64,000 bases of DNA from Antedon mediterranea (taxonomy: Eukaryota; Animalia; Echinodermata): the NCBI RefSeq assembly GCF_964355755.1, contig NC_092675.1, positions 26,260,912-26,324,911 of the forward strand, given 5' to 3'. This document shows positions 39,484-52,900 of this stretch, one piece after another (position 1 is the stretch's first letter; the number at the start of each line of letters is the position of its first letter). A program made the translations under genes and the position numbers. A model generated the notes under the pieces. The model ran no database searches and was not told where the DNA came from. It was given only the letters and a program-made list of their open reading frames with translations.

Positions 39484-39994
39484 TGTAATGTAATGATATA
39501 GATCAACCTTAGTATCACAATTCAATTGCCCCAGAAAGGTCCAGTGAATAGATTGTCCAGATGTTTTAATGTCCATTAGTCCATAATTATATCCCAAAAG
39601 AAAACAGTTGATTTGACCTCTAACCGTTCACATCGTAAAACTATTAGATATTGACAGTTTTAAGTGATATTCGACAGGGCCAATTCATCATTGTAACCCA
39701 CCTCCCCCCCATATAAGATCAATCACTTCTATCCAAGCGTACCTGGACAGACTTAGGACCAATCATTAACCTCAGAGATGTAATGACATACACTTCTTGG
39801 AGCACACACCTTACCGACACTTCCTCAGAAGCATATCTACAGCCACACCTCACTTACAGCATCACTTATATTTTGTTCCTGTTTCTTTATAATTATATTG
39901 TATTGTGTATTATTGAATAAACAACTGTGATATTCAATCAACCAAGCAAGTAGAGTCTTTAATATACAGTAAAACCTCCACACATTATATTGCA
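39484..39994 (+). mobile_element. Solo LTR related to the 47332-51959 element
   Basis: TG...CA termini and 4-bp TSD GTAT (39480-39483, 39995-39998). Long blocks match the reverse complement of the 585-bp LTR (e.g. GACAGGGCCAATTCATCATTGTAACC, GTAGAGTCTTT). Confidence 0.85.
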
Positions 39995-40249
39995 GTATGA
40001 ATGCTCTATGGAGTTCATTATTTTATTTTACGACCGTAGTTTATTATTTGATAAGTTAAGTATTTGATAATATTAATACAAATATACAATTTTTATATTT
40101 GAATTACGTCAATCTATAGAATATAGATATTAAATAATTCATTTGAGCAGGAATGCTTCACTTATTTGACCATATATGTCTTTACCGTATACAGTGCAAT
40201 AATATTGTTTTAAATGTATGGCCAGGAAGCGGTTTTTCATGAAATTTAT

Positions 40250-40790
40250 TTATATTCTAGTGCCTTGTGATTGGCTAGTGGCTACCCTTGTTGTTTGAAT
40301 ACTTGCCTTTTTGTTATTTAAATACTATACCTTATCGTTCTTCGTTGTACTTTTCCAAGGATGTCAATATCTTTTTTAGCGTTGGGTTCGGCCATTCCTG
40401 AATATAATACTCTAAATGGGGACATACATATGATTTATACAACACTAGGAAGCCTTCCTTTTCAATATAGGCCTACCTATATGTCTTTTGGCGGCCTTGG
40501 TGCTATGGGATCTTCTGAAACGTATACGACGCCTATTTGGCCTCATTCACATGTAGTTTTCGTGAGGATATTCGGATACAATAGTGTTGAAATCCATTTT
40601 ATCGGACCATTCCATAACAGTATCCAAGTTATTTTGAAAGAAATGTTGCTCCTGATTTATTCTTCCAAATATTTTGGTATCGTCGCGAACAGTTTGACAT
40701 GAGACGTATGTCTGAGTCAGCTATGTCATTAACAAACAGCAAACACATCGTTGGACCGAGTAACCTACGGCTCCTCGCGGGACTCCACTA
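40250..40790 (-). mobile_element. Degenerate CR1-group LINE reverse-transcriptase fragment
   Basis: Minus-strand frameshifted remnants GVPRGAV.., LFVNDIAD.., HVKLF(A)DDTKIFGRI..FQNNLDTVMEWSDK correspond to RT motifs GVPQGS and FADD. Confidence 0.65.
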
Positions 40791-40954
40791 GTAAACTGTA
40801 AACTTTGATTTTAAGGCAATAAATCAATGATGACCAGGAAATACATGTCATTTTATTGCGGTACAAGTTTTCATTTATATATCATTTATTGCCGTTATAA
40901 GTTTTGGTATAGGCGTATATGTGATTCTAAGAAATAACTTCTTTTCAGAAAAAT

Positions 40955-43900
40955 ATGATTGTTACAGTCGTGATCTTGCTTCAAGTTATTGCTTCATGTC
41001 GGGGTAAGTTAAGAATACGATTCAAAGATTGCGGATTACGTAAATTTAATATATAATGTCAATATATAATCTGCAGACAGACTGTGTCGTTTGGAAATGC
41101 ACAAAAAAATCACAATCTGGTTATCAGTGCCTATCGTGGTGTAATACGTATAATTGACCAGCTGTTATCATGGTCATAGTTTATAGGCCTATATTTATTT
41201 TAAGTATTACATGGATTCCAGCAACCGTACACAGATCTCCACTTAACATTTTCCTCAGTTCTGTGAATAATTACATTCATCAATAATGTAACACAACTAA
41301 ATCAAACGATTTGGTTGATCTGTGCTTTACAAACCTAGGTCTATAAAAGAAAAAAAACAGATATATTAAGCATACAATTCCGCACCAAATTCGATTACTT
41401 TTCAGCACCAAATGATTATAAAATACCATGATTATATTACATTTTATATTTTCTACATTTAGGAAATGATGGATATATAACAGTTTTGAACTTGTCTCCA
41501 CAAAGCAACACTAACACAGGGTATCAATGTTACACTCCTAGCACATTCAATGGTTATAGTTTGAGTTACGGTAGATCATTTGGTGTAGCGAATGGTGAAC
41601 AAGGAAATGAAATATTATGGAATGTGCCAGGTGATGAGATAAGTGGAAGGTATCTCACAGCAACAGTAGGCATGGGAGTATACTATTGCAAGATAGTGAA
41701 AGAAGGCGCCACCACATTCGTTCAAACTACTAAAATAAGAAATAATGGTGAGAAAACAAATGATAATAGTAATAATTGTATCAGCATTATTTAGTCTTTC
41801 TTATGGTACTGAATTTAATTGATAATAGTATATAATATACTTATAGGTTTTAAGTTCCACGGAGGTAATTTCATTTTTGCCTCTCTTTTTGGTGTAATTT
41901 AGCGTTTGACGTATTTATTTGTATCTGATTTCTATAATATTTTCAAGATTTGTTTCCAGTTATAACTGTCTAGAGAGAATAAACTGCGGTAACTTGTCCA
42001 TCCAACACACGATTACGATACTATCAGGTGACATAAACAGAACCCACATATGAAATAAGTTGAAGGCAGCAGACATGAAACTAAAAGTGATGTGTATTAT
42101 CCCTAGACATAAAATCTTTCGCGAATTATCAATTAGCAAGTACCTAGAATCACATGATTTTTACACTACTATGTATAAAACAATAAAAATGTTTTATTTT
42201 CAAAACAGCATTAATAACTCCTGAAAATTCAAAAAACACAGTGAGTGTAAATGTTGGAGATGAAGTCACGATTAGGTTTCAAACGACTGCGGGTGGTGTT
42301 TTAATGTGGAGGAAAGATGGCTCTGTATTGAATGATGCAACTGAAACGAGCCTCACATTTAACTCGGTAATCACCAGTGACACTGGGGTTTACGAGATGC
42401 ACATTAATGGTGACAGGGACAATCGTCAACACGCGTTTATTAAGTTGATTGTACGAGGTAAAACCAGTCAAAGTTATTATAGATTATAAATTTAATAGTT
42501 TTAAAGTGTGAAATCGGTACCTTTGGAAACAGTAAGAAAATGCTTACAAAGGAGAACATTTTAAGTGTTTACCTTTAGTAAGATAGGCCATAACCTCAAT
42601 ATTGAGAAAGTTTGTATATTTCTTTGTTATGCAAATGTTTGCTATTACACCCATCAATATCAAAATGAAATAACAATTATGGAAAGGTTTTAAACATATG
42701 ATTAGAATAATCACAGTCTTGAGTATAGCTAACAAGTTAAAGTAGGACATTCGACACGATTTGTCTTTGTTTATTATTTATGAAAGTAAATAATAAGTAT
42801 ATACTTACTTTAGCCTGTCCACGTCACAAATGGGGTCCACCTGACTGCACTGGTGACTGTGAATACTGCTATAATGGAGGCGTATGTGATGATAAAACAG
42901 GATTTTGTATCTGTGCACCTGGATTTAAGGGATCTACATGTGAGATGGGTGAGGATTAACTATAATATTGTTATTAGCATTTAGCCCTATTGTGTTTTCA
43001 TTCAGCCAATAGAATAAACATGGATTAATTTGACAACTGTTGGGATCGAATAAAAAAGTACTTCAAAATTGATCAGAAATACACGTACATTATGACTGTA
43101 GCTCAGAAGCACTCACCGATTTAAATTAACCCAATTTTATATAAAAAAAACATTACAACGAATTAAGCAGTCACAATAGTGTATACAATAATAATACTAA
43201 CACCATACTTAGCAGATTCTTTGAACGGGAACAATATGACACATGATTTACATACACTGTAAAAAGAACTGGCATCGTTGAATTTTGCTGTTCAAACAGC
43301 TTTTTTTAATCCATTTTTGTCAACTTCCACATTAATTTGATTAAAATAATCGCGGTATAAATGATGTGCTGTATTTAATGTAAATGATTTAAAATAAAAC
43401 GTTTGATTTGTTTAGAATGCGATGGCAATTATCATAGCTGGGATTGTAAAAATCGTTGTTCCAGTAGCGGTCCTCTTACTTCGTGTATAAACTATCAGTT
43501 CTGCTTACCCGATCCATATGGATGTAGTTGTGTTACCGGTTACAAAGGATTGAAATGTGATAAAGGTAACGAAAACAAAATTCAGACAGAATTAAACCAA
43601 TAGACAAAAAAAAAACACTAATTTAATTTGAATACTTTATTGATAGATATGATCGACTACAATCACTTTCATGGGTCTAATAATGTAAAAAAAATTCATA
43701 CGATTTATTACTAAAATACTTTTAACATGTTCTAATGTTTATTTGTAATTCAAGGGACACCCGAGTTTATTCAGATTATCCTAAATTCGATAAATCCTGA
43801 TTTGTTTCAGAATGTACATCAGGTACATTTGGTGCAGACTGTGCTCAAACTTGTCATTGTAAACAAGGTGGTTGTGATCGATATACAGGAAGATGCACTG

Positions 43901-46900
43901 ACACTCAAGACTCGTCTTGTGCGTACCCATGGACGGGATCGAACTGCCAACGTAAGATTACATTTTTTAAATTCAACTTTTAAGATACAAGCCGTTTCGA
44001 AAAAAAACAGTTATTTGCCCCTGCTGTTGCTTGCCAGTTTGATTCCAAAATGAAACGCTATGAATGCCATATATTATAAAACGAATTGTTATTAAACATG
44101 CAAGAGTGAACTTCATTCTTAAGTTTTAAGACATATATGTACATTCCTAGAAAATTATATTTATAATACTATCATATTTTTAGAAATACTTTTGTTTACA
44201 CTTGTTGGGTTTTCTTTTCTGACTGAGTTTGTGATAGAGTAATATTATTATTAATGTTATATTTTGATTTTTGTAGAATGTCAACCTAACTTGTACGGAG
44301 AAAATTGTGAAATCGAATGTAATAAACCATGTGAATGTCACAGGACTGGTAGATGCATAAAAGGCACGTGTGATTCTAACTGGCTAGAACCTGATTGCAA
44401 AGTTGGTAAGCAAAACGTTGTCATATAGAATATATATGGGCCTTTCTACATATTTCATTAAATTATTTAAGATATGTTGTTTGGGGTATCCCATTTACAA
44501 TGGTACTGGGCTTTTGGGCACCCAATATCATGACGTTTTATTATAATTAATTATTAAAGTATATTTCAGTTATGCTGACTTTACAAGCTCAAGTAATTTT
44601 GTGATTTTATATATTTTATATCTTTATCTTTTACTTGTTTGTTTTACTTTTGATATTAGTTTTGGGCAGCACCATAGTCCGATTTGACAGATACTTTTGT
44701 AAGTCGGCTGCCCCGGGTCTGTTTTATAAATATATAGTGTTTTTTAATCTACAGGAATTCTTAATACCACATTTACACAATCAAACAATGGGCAGAGTAC
44801 AACTGTATCGTGTTCAATTTATCATACTGGCACATCCTTCCAAACAATGATTATGGTTACAAATAATGAGGTCGCTGAAAACATTTCAACAGTAGAAGAA
44901 ACAAAAGAAGATGGTCAGAATATAATAACACATGCCTTTTCTGTGATAGCTGATGTCGATTCGACATACAAATGTATCATTTTACAAGGAGCTGTATCAG
45001 CTGAGAGTACCATTTTGTCAGAAATATTCCGTAAGTTATAGGCCTATCATACAAATACATTGTAACATAATTTAAAGCGGTAAGTAGAAGAAATTATTCT
45101 ATTAAAGAAATAGAATTTGTAAAAATAATAATACAATAGCTAACCATGTTTCTCATTCAAGTATTACCTCTATATGGCGGAAGCCTGACGGTACTCAATA
45201 TTTCAAGCTCCTTTGTCACCATTGAATGGACGGCATGGAACAGCAATACTGACGATGGAGATGGTCCAGTTGATGAATACTTTGTATACCACAAATTGAA
45301 CAATACTGACGATTGGAATAAAGAGCTATACAAGAATGCATTATCAGGCACTGTTTCAGGGCTGATGTGGGATACGCAATACACGTTTGCTGTTTCAGCT
45401 GTGAGACCTGGCGAAGGGGGTGAAGGACCAATTGGAGAAGGAACAGTCACAGCAAAAACACTTTGTGGAAGTAGGTTATTTGCACCATGGATCACTTACC
45501 ATAATATATTTTTTTTATTTTTATCCAGCAATTAGTGATTTAAGCTATTCTAATTTTATATTTCTATCAATATATTCTTATACTGTATACAGTTTGCTAT
45601 GTAACCAACAAGTTAACGTATCTAAACGTTATAAAATTCAATGTGAATTTGTTAAATACTGTATATCGGCTCTCCTTCATAACTTGAAACATAAACAGAC
45701 AATGATTCAGTTTTTTTTAAATACAACTATCTAGAGATGAAGATGGTGAAGATGAGTCTCGCTAACCTCATATTTAATGTTCTCACTTTATAGGACCTGC
45801 GCCAGTTGAGCAAGTAAACCACGAGGTTTCCGATACAAGCCCACAAATAATAGTGATTACATGGACAGTAAGTAATTGTATAACACTGTATTTTTTATTA
45901 TTTAATTACCTTACCTTCTTCAATTCAAACGTAAAGAAATTGATTTTGGTAAAGGCTGTGTTATATTTACAATGTTTCTGTCAATATGATGAGAACTATG
46001 ACATTTAAGTTTATATCTGATTTTGACATTTTATAATAAAAAGAAATACTAATCACTGATTATTAATTTACTATAATTTCTTTCGTATTCAGGAAATCAC
46101 AACAGACTCTGTAACTCTGCAATGCTATAACATGTCATACATATACAAATTGTATCTCAAATCCAATGACGATGATGGAATAGGTGAGGTAGTTTACAGT
46201 GGAACTGACTCGAACGTGACCATAGATAACTTAAGCTCGTCAGCTTACAGTTTGTTTGTTAGTGTCTCTAACAAAGACAGTGAAAGTGAATATGTTGAAA
46301 GCAATGATAGAACAGATACAATTGAAGGTAGGTGTCCCTTATAAAAATTGAAATTCCCTTATACAAAAAGTGACTTTAGTCTACAGGTGATTGTCTGTTG
46401 GTCACATTTATAAGGTGTTCAAGCACCCGGTCCCATGAGGTATACAAGACAGATTATGTCATAGGGTGGAGTATAATTAAATAATAGAATACATATACTG
46501 ACCCTGATTACTCCATGTTGCTGTTGAAAGACGGATTGTGAAGGCATGAAAAAGTCAATAAAGGGATTAATAAAGTAAAATGGCATGTATTAATGTTCAA
46601 TAATTGGAAACAAAGCTGTGTGATCAGAATTAATAATTCAAGTTAACATTAACCAATCACCTCGCTTTTCATTTTTAAATATTCCGTATTACAGATATGC
46701 CTGAACCAAATAGCGACTCTTCTAGTGCTGCTGGTGGTATTATCGGTGGTATAGTTGGAGCACTCGTTTGTATACTTGTGTTGGTTGTGATTTGTATAGT
46801 AGTTATGTATGTATTTATTCTTTTAGTTTAATACAGTGGCTTATTATTATTGTTTTGATCTACAATGTTCAATTTTGTATAATTAATGGTCAGGTGTTTT

Positions 46901-49900
46901 GCCCTACTCTGACGTAATTTGTACTTTATACTAAGAACAAAAAAAAAGTAATTCTCGGGTGGAACTTACCCACGACCGCCAGAGCCTGGCGTTCATACCT
47001 CTAGACCTCCGAGTTTGTGCTGATGGCTAGTGGTTAGATTAGAGCCCAAGTAAACATTGGGTACTGCACTAACAGGATAGATCGTTTGTAACTACTGCGT
47101 AGTAGCTTAATCAACACCCTGATGCAAAGCTACTGGAGACACTATAACATGATAATGTTATAAATCATTAATTTTAATTACGCGTAAGTTATAACAATGT
47201 ATATTACAATGTATGTCTCAGTACATGGTTTGCTACAAAACAGATGTCTGTATAATTTCTAGGAAAAGAAAGAAAGACAACAAACACAATGCACATCAAC
47301 CAAGACAAGATCGAATGCAATTTAAGGGTAATGTAATATAATGTTGCGTTGTTGAGGTACTAATGAAAGACTCTACTCGCTTGGCTGTCGTAACACTATA
47401 TTGTTTATTCAGTATAATACTTCAGTACAATATACAACTATAAGTATAGATAAGGAACGCGGAGGATCAATGATGCTGTCGGTGAGGTGCGGCGTGTGCA
47501 GGTCCGCCTCCGGAGAAGTGGTTGTAAGGTGTGTCTGGGCCCTTCTGAAACTTGGGAGTATATTGGCTCAGTTCATTTGCATAATGTCATTACATCATCT
47601 GTGAGGGTAACGATTGGTCCTAAGTTGATCCAGGGGTGTTTAAGTGGGAGTGATTGATCTTATCTGGGGAGGTTACAATGATGAATTGGCCCTGTCAAAT
47701 CTCTGCTTAAAACTGTCAGAATCTAATTGTTTTACGATGGGAACGGTCGCAAAGTTAAGCTAAGTGTTTTCTTTAGGGATTCTATTATAAACTAAATGGT
47801 CATTAAAACATCTGGACAAACTCTCCTTCGGACTTTCTGGGTCAAGTTTGTGAACCTGTTTGAATTCCGATACAAAGGTCAATTTCTTAAATATAAAGGT
47901 ATATCAATATATTACATCCCTCTGTTTCCCTTTTTTTTTTTTTTTTTTATCTATTTAACATATAAAAATGGTTATAATAGTGGCATGCAAAATTAAAGTT
48001 ATATAAAAGAAAAAAAAACATTATACATATATGCAAAAATTGAGTTAGCCAAAACCATTGACTCTGAAGTGTAACCTTATCACTTTCACTCTCTCTCTTC
48101 TCTCTCTTAAAAAAAATGAAATTAAAAATGAATTTGGTATAAAAATTCCGGAATTTATATAAAATTTGAAACAAAAAATGTATATAAAAAAAACAAAAGT
48201 GTTCTTCAAGATCGACATAATTGTGGGTCCGTTGCTTTGGAGATCGGTCAAGAAGTCGACTCTCGTTAATTATTTGAAATAGAAAAAAAAAGTTATAAAG
48301 GATAAATTGAAATCAATCGGTGGGTTTATATAATAATCGATAAAAACGGAATGCACTCCACGGTATGTCCAACATGTAGGTAGTGGTGTAAGGGATCTCA
48401 TTCAAATATACCATACCGCAATTCAAGCATTGGTATTTCTTGTTGAGGGATATTTGTTGGCAATTTTTGTGAAACAATGTTCCGCAGCATTTGTTGATTG
48501 TACAGTCAGTATGAAAGTTTTTAATTTCGGGGTTACATTGACAAATTTGGCAGGGGGTATCTTGGTATTTATTTTCCAGGTACTGCATGTTACGAATGTG
48601 CGAATATAGTTTTTTCTTATATTTAGTTACAACATATCCAAATGGTGAGTGTTCGCTAGGTTTTAATTCGTCTTGGGGTATGATGCCTGTTTGTTGTCGG
48701 ACTCTTGAAAAAAATGCTGTGCATTGTGGGGCTTTGATGTCTTTTGTAGTTGCTAAGAGCAGGAGGGTCATAGAATAAATATGTTGTCTGTGAAATTCAT
48801 GTGTGTTTGGTATACAAGTGGCGATGCCGTCTAGATTAATGGAAAGGTCGATTGTGGAAAAGTCAAGTAGGGCTGGTTCACTCTTATGCTTCCAAATGTA
48901 GTCTATAATGGGGGAGGACATTTTGTCGAAACAACATAAATAACTGCCAATGTGTAAAAGGGTATTTAATTTGAGGTTTGTCAGTTGGTCTGCTGGACGG
49001 ATGTCGCAAAGGAATAATAAAACTCTTTTCAAGGAATCTAAAGTAAATGGCATCATTTTGGTAATATGGAGAATTACGTTTTGTTCGCTTTGGTAAAGGA
49101 TTATCTTCTTTATAAGGGCACATTATGTGGACAGGGGCGTCATTTGAATTTTGTGTTTTAAGCATAACTGTGTAACGTCAAGCTTTTCGGATTCCATTTT
49201 AGGGGGAAATTTGGAATTGACTAAAATTAAGATAAATAAAATTAAAATGTATTTAAAATAAACAATATTAAACTAAATAAACGATATAAAACTCAAACAA
49301 TAAAATTTCAAGTTCAACTATTATAACAATCTCACAAAAGTAAATTAACTTATAATTCGACAGTAAATACTGTATATTTGATACGCTCGTGCGACTTATT
49401 TATAGTCTGCCCATCCGGTTGTTTATATATATAGCTCGTAATTGGCTCTACTCCTCCCTCGAGCGTTAATCAAACGTCAATTGGTCAAATTTAAAGAACT
49501 TAGAGAATATGTACAATGAATATATATCAAATAGCGCGACAACTTATCGCGTTCTAATGGCCTTCAAATATAAATCAATCAAATCAAAACGTAAAATTCA
49601 AGAAACTGTGGCTGATTAGCCTAAAATCAAATATCAAACTTAATCACTTAAAACTTTAAAGAAACAAATGTGTGTGTCCCGTTGACACAAACTTATCCAC
49701 AATATATCGTTATCATCACAACTTTATCGATTTAAGCATTTATATTCACAGGTAATTACGATTTCAATCGGTCGACAAATTCGACTTTTGTACTCAATGT
49801 CAAAAAAAATTACAATTAAAAGTACTAAGAAAATCTCCTGTTATTGTATATCAATTAATTAATGCTTGAGATTAACGACTCAAAGGTTAAACAAAATATT

Positions 49901-52900
49901 TGTTACAAAATGATTGTCGTTCTTTTTAATATCTCAATATATCGATCATCAAAATTCAAAATTAATCTTTATCAAAAAAAACTCGTTACAAAATCAATAC
50001 TTAAACATAAATTCAATTCTCTTTTAACTGAAATCACATTATTATTAAACAAATCTCATCAATAACGTAGACTATGCTATCGTTAATTTAGCAAATGTCG
50101 TAATTAAAAATAATCTTGCAAAAAAAAATTAAATCAGTAATTCGTTGCATTATACAAACGTTTTATGAATCGTTTTGGCGATCCACTTATCGGTATCTGT
50201 TTATCATTAATAATCTCTTTAATTAATTTATCTGTATCGTTATATCTGTCAATATTCCACCAAAATTTGCGATCATTAGATTCGTGTTTTGTTTTATCGG
50301 TGTTACGTTTGGCTGAAGTCGGTTTAGAATATGAAACTAAAACTTGGAAATGTCCTGCTTTAAATCTACCTCGGTTTAATGTCATACTTGAATCATTAGG
50401 TGCTGTCATAATTAAATTAGTTTGTTCCTTTATTTGTTCTTCTTTCATTTGGAATGGGGCTGCTAATCCCATGTTATTCTCTACACAGTCAATGTAAGGT
50501 TGCACGTTAAGGGGTTCAAATTTAGTTGGATGTGTAAGGGTATCTGATTGCAATTGGGTTGGTGTCCTATCATGTTCGTTGACAAATTAAACATTGTTTT
50601 CGTCATTTACTACGTTAACGGTGTTCTGAATTTTCTCATTATTATCGGTGGGTTTATTCAACAATTATTTTAACAATTTAAAAAACAGTTTTAGTGTGTA
50701 TATATGTAAACTCTCACTTTTTCAATCAAGGTTACAAATCAAAATCAAAATGGTTTTGACTTACCCCAAATGCTTCGGATCCAATTAAAAATGAATTAAA
50801 GGAATGCAAAAAGTGTTCAAAAATGTCTAAATGTTCAAACAACGAATTAAAGAAATGTTAAAGGTGCTCATCAATGTTCAAATTTTCAAACAACGAATTA
50901 AAAAAAATGCGATAGGTGTTCATCAATGTTCAAAAAAGGTAAATGTTAAAAAAAACGATCGAAAAAAAAACGGCGTGAAGTTGAAAGTCTCTAAACGAAA
51001 CAGTTCTTGTCCGCTTGCTTCTGTTTTGATTCTTCTTGGGTCTTCCTCGATTATCTTCTTTGTCTTTATCCAATGGTTATAATTTCATAAAATTTCTGCT
51101 TGTCTCGATTTCATTCAAATATAATTTCAGCTTGTCTTTTGTGTCTTCCTCGATTATCTTTTTTGTCTTCATCCAATGGTAATAATTTGATCAAATTTCT
51201 GCTTGTCTCGATCTCATTCAAATATAATTTCAGCTTGTCTTTTGAGTCAAAGTAAATTTCTCTCCTTTCAAACAAATATGTTTATTTTTGTCTTCGTCTT
51301 CGTCTTCGTGTCTTGTTAAGTGTTTATTTCTTGTTTTCTCACTCCGTTCCTTATGAAATTTGGGTCTTCCACCATGTAATATAATGTTGCGTTGTTGAGG
51401 TACTAATGAAAGACTCTACTCGCTTGGCTGTCGTAACACTATATTGTTTATTCAGTATAATACTTCAGTACAATATACAACTATAAGTATAGATAAGGAA
51501 CGCGGAGGATCAATGATGCTGTCGGTGAGGTGCGGCGTGTGCAGGTCCGCCTCCGGAGAAGTGGTTGTAAGGTGTGTCTGGGCCCTTCTGAAACTTGGGA
51601 GTATATTGGCTCAGTTCATTTGCATAATGTCATTACATCATCTGTGAGGGTAACGATTGGTCCTAAGTTGATCCAGGGGTGTTTAAGTGGGAGTGATTGA
51701 TCTTATCTGGGGAGGTTACAATGATGAATTGGCCCTGTCAAATCTCTGCTTAAAACTGTCAGAATCTAATTGTTTTACGATGGGAACGGTCGCAAAGTTA
51801 AGCTAAGTGTTTTCTTTAGGGATTCTATTATAAACTAAATGGTCATTAAAACATCTGGACAAACTCTCCTTCGGACTTTCTGGGTCAAGTTTGTGAACCT
51901 GTTTGAATTCCGATACAAAGGTCAATTTCTTAAATATAAAGGTATATCAATATATTACAGTAAGGTATTTCCTGTTGTATTTTGTTTCATCTATTTTTTG
52001 ATAAAACTCGTCGTATGTTTTTAATTTACACTAATAAATAAGTTGTAGTTCTTATTTAAATTTAATAAAAGTAATGTATTTTAATCTTAGACGTAACTTC
52101 ACACTCAGATGATTCAACGGCGCCATCAAACGTCGATTTACCTGACGATGGATCTTTTTTGTACGAGAACGTACATGTGGACCAATCAAGAGCTCCGATA
52201 TTTTCTCGAAGAATCCCAATATCTGGTTTGGTTACTTATTTTGCCAATAAGCTGCAAACAGACTTACACAGTGAATTTGACGTTAGTAAAACTTGATAGG
52301 CATTACATTTTATTCCGTATTATTACAGTTTTTTCTATAAGTTTAAGTTTATTTCTATTTATGGATTTTCCTATTAACTTCTACAATAAAATCAGTAAAT
52401 GTACATACGTTAAGAAGACTGCATTATTATAAATGTGTTCCTGATCTAATGCACTTAAATACAAAAAAAATATTATAATATATGAATTTTGTTTCAGGAA
52501 AATTTAATTTAAACATGTGTAGGAAATACACTTCCAAGAATAATTTATATAACTCAATTACAAATATAAATACTTACCATTTCAGCTGCTACCAGTCGAC
52601 CAGGCTCATCCATGGGAAGTAGCAGCAAAAGAATGTCACAAAACCAAAAACAGATTCAAGAATATTGTCCCATGTAAGTAACAAGTTTGCTGTTTTATTG
52701 CATATTGTCCCATGTAAAAAAAAACTACTGGTATTGGTACTGAGCCTGCGATGATAACTTGTATTAAGTACCGGTACTTTATTTTTTGTTTTGTTATAAT
52801 AAGTAAGTATTCATTCATTTTTGTCGAGTATTTTCAATAGTCAATTGTTGTACTTAAACAAACAAGACAAATTCCACCGATTAGGCCTATGCTACGCAAA

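Larger units (their letters stand above)
47332..51959 (-). mobile_element. Young non-autonomous LTR retrotransposon (4628 bp), probably Gypsy/Metaviridae-derived
   Basis: Two apparently identical 585-bp LTRs (47332-47916, 51375-51959) with TGTAATATA...TATATTACA ends and 4-bp TSD GTAA. Minus-strand PBS TGGTGGAAGACCC directly inside 51375; polypurine tract AAAAGGGAAACAGAGGGA next to 47916. No RT, RNase H or integrase core ORF. Confidence 0.92.

Noticed and set aside
40361-40702. 113-aa + strand ORF
   Set aside because: Antisense to a decayed LINE RT fragment.
45157-45495. Minus-strand ORFs over FN3 exons (also 28991-29185, 20048-20305, 58250-58489, 58793-59080)
   Set aside because: Antisense shadows of real + strand exons.
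47401-47604. Identical 67-aa ORFs at 47401 and 51444
   Set aside because: They lie inside the LTRs; identity reflects LTR duplication, not coding function.
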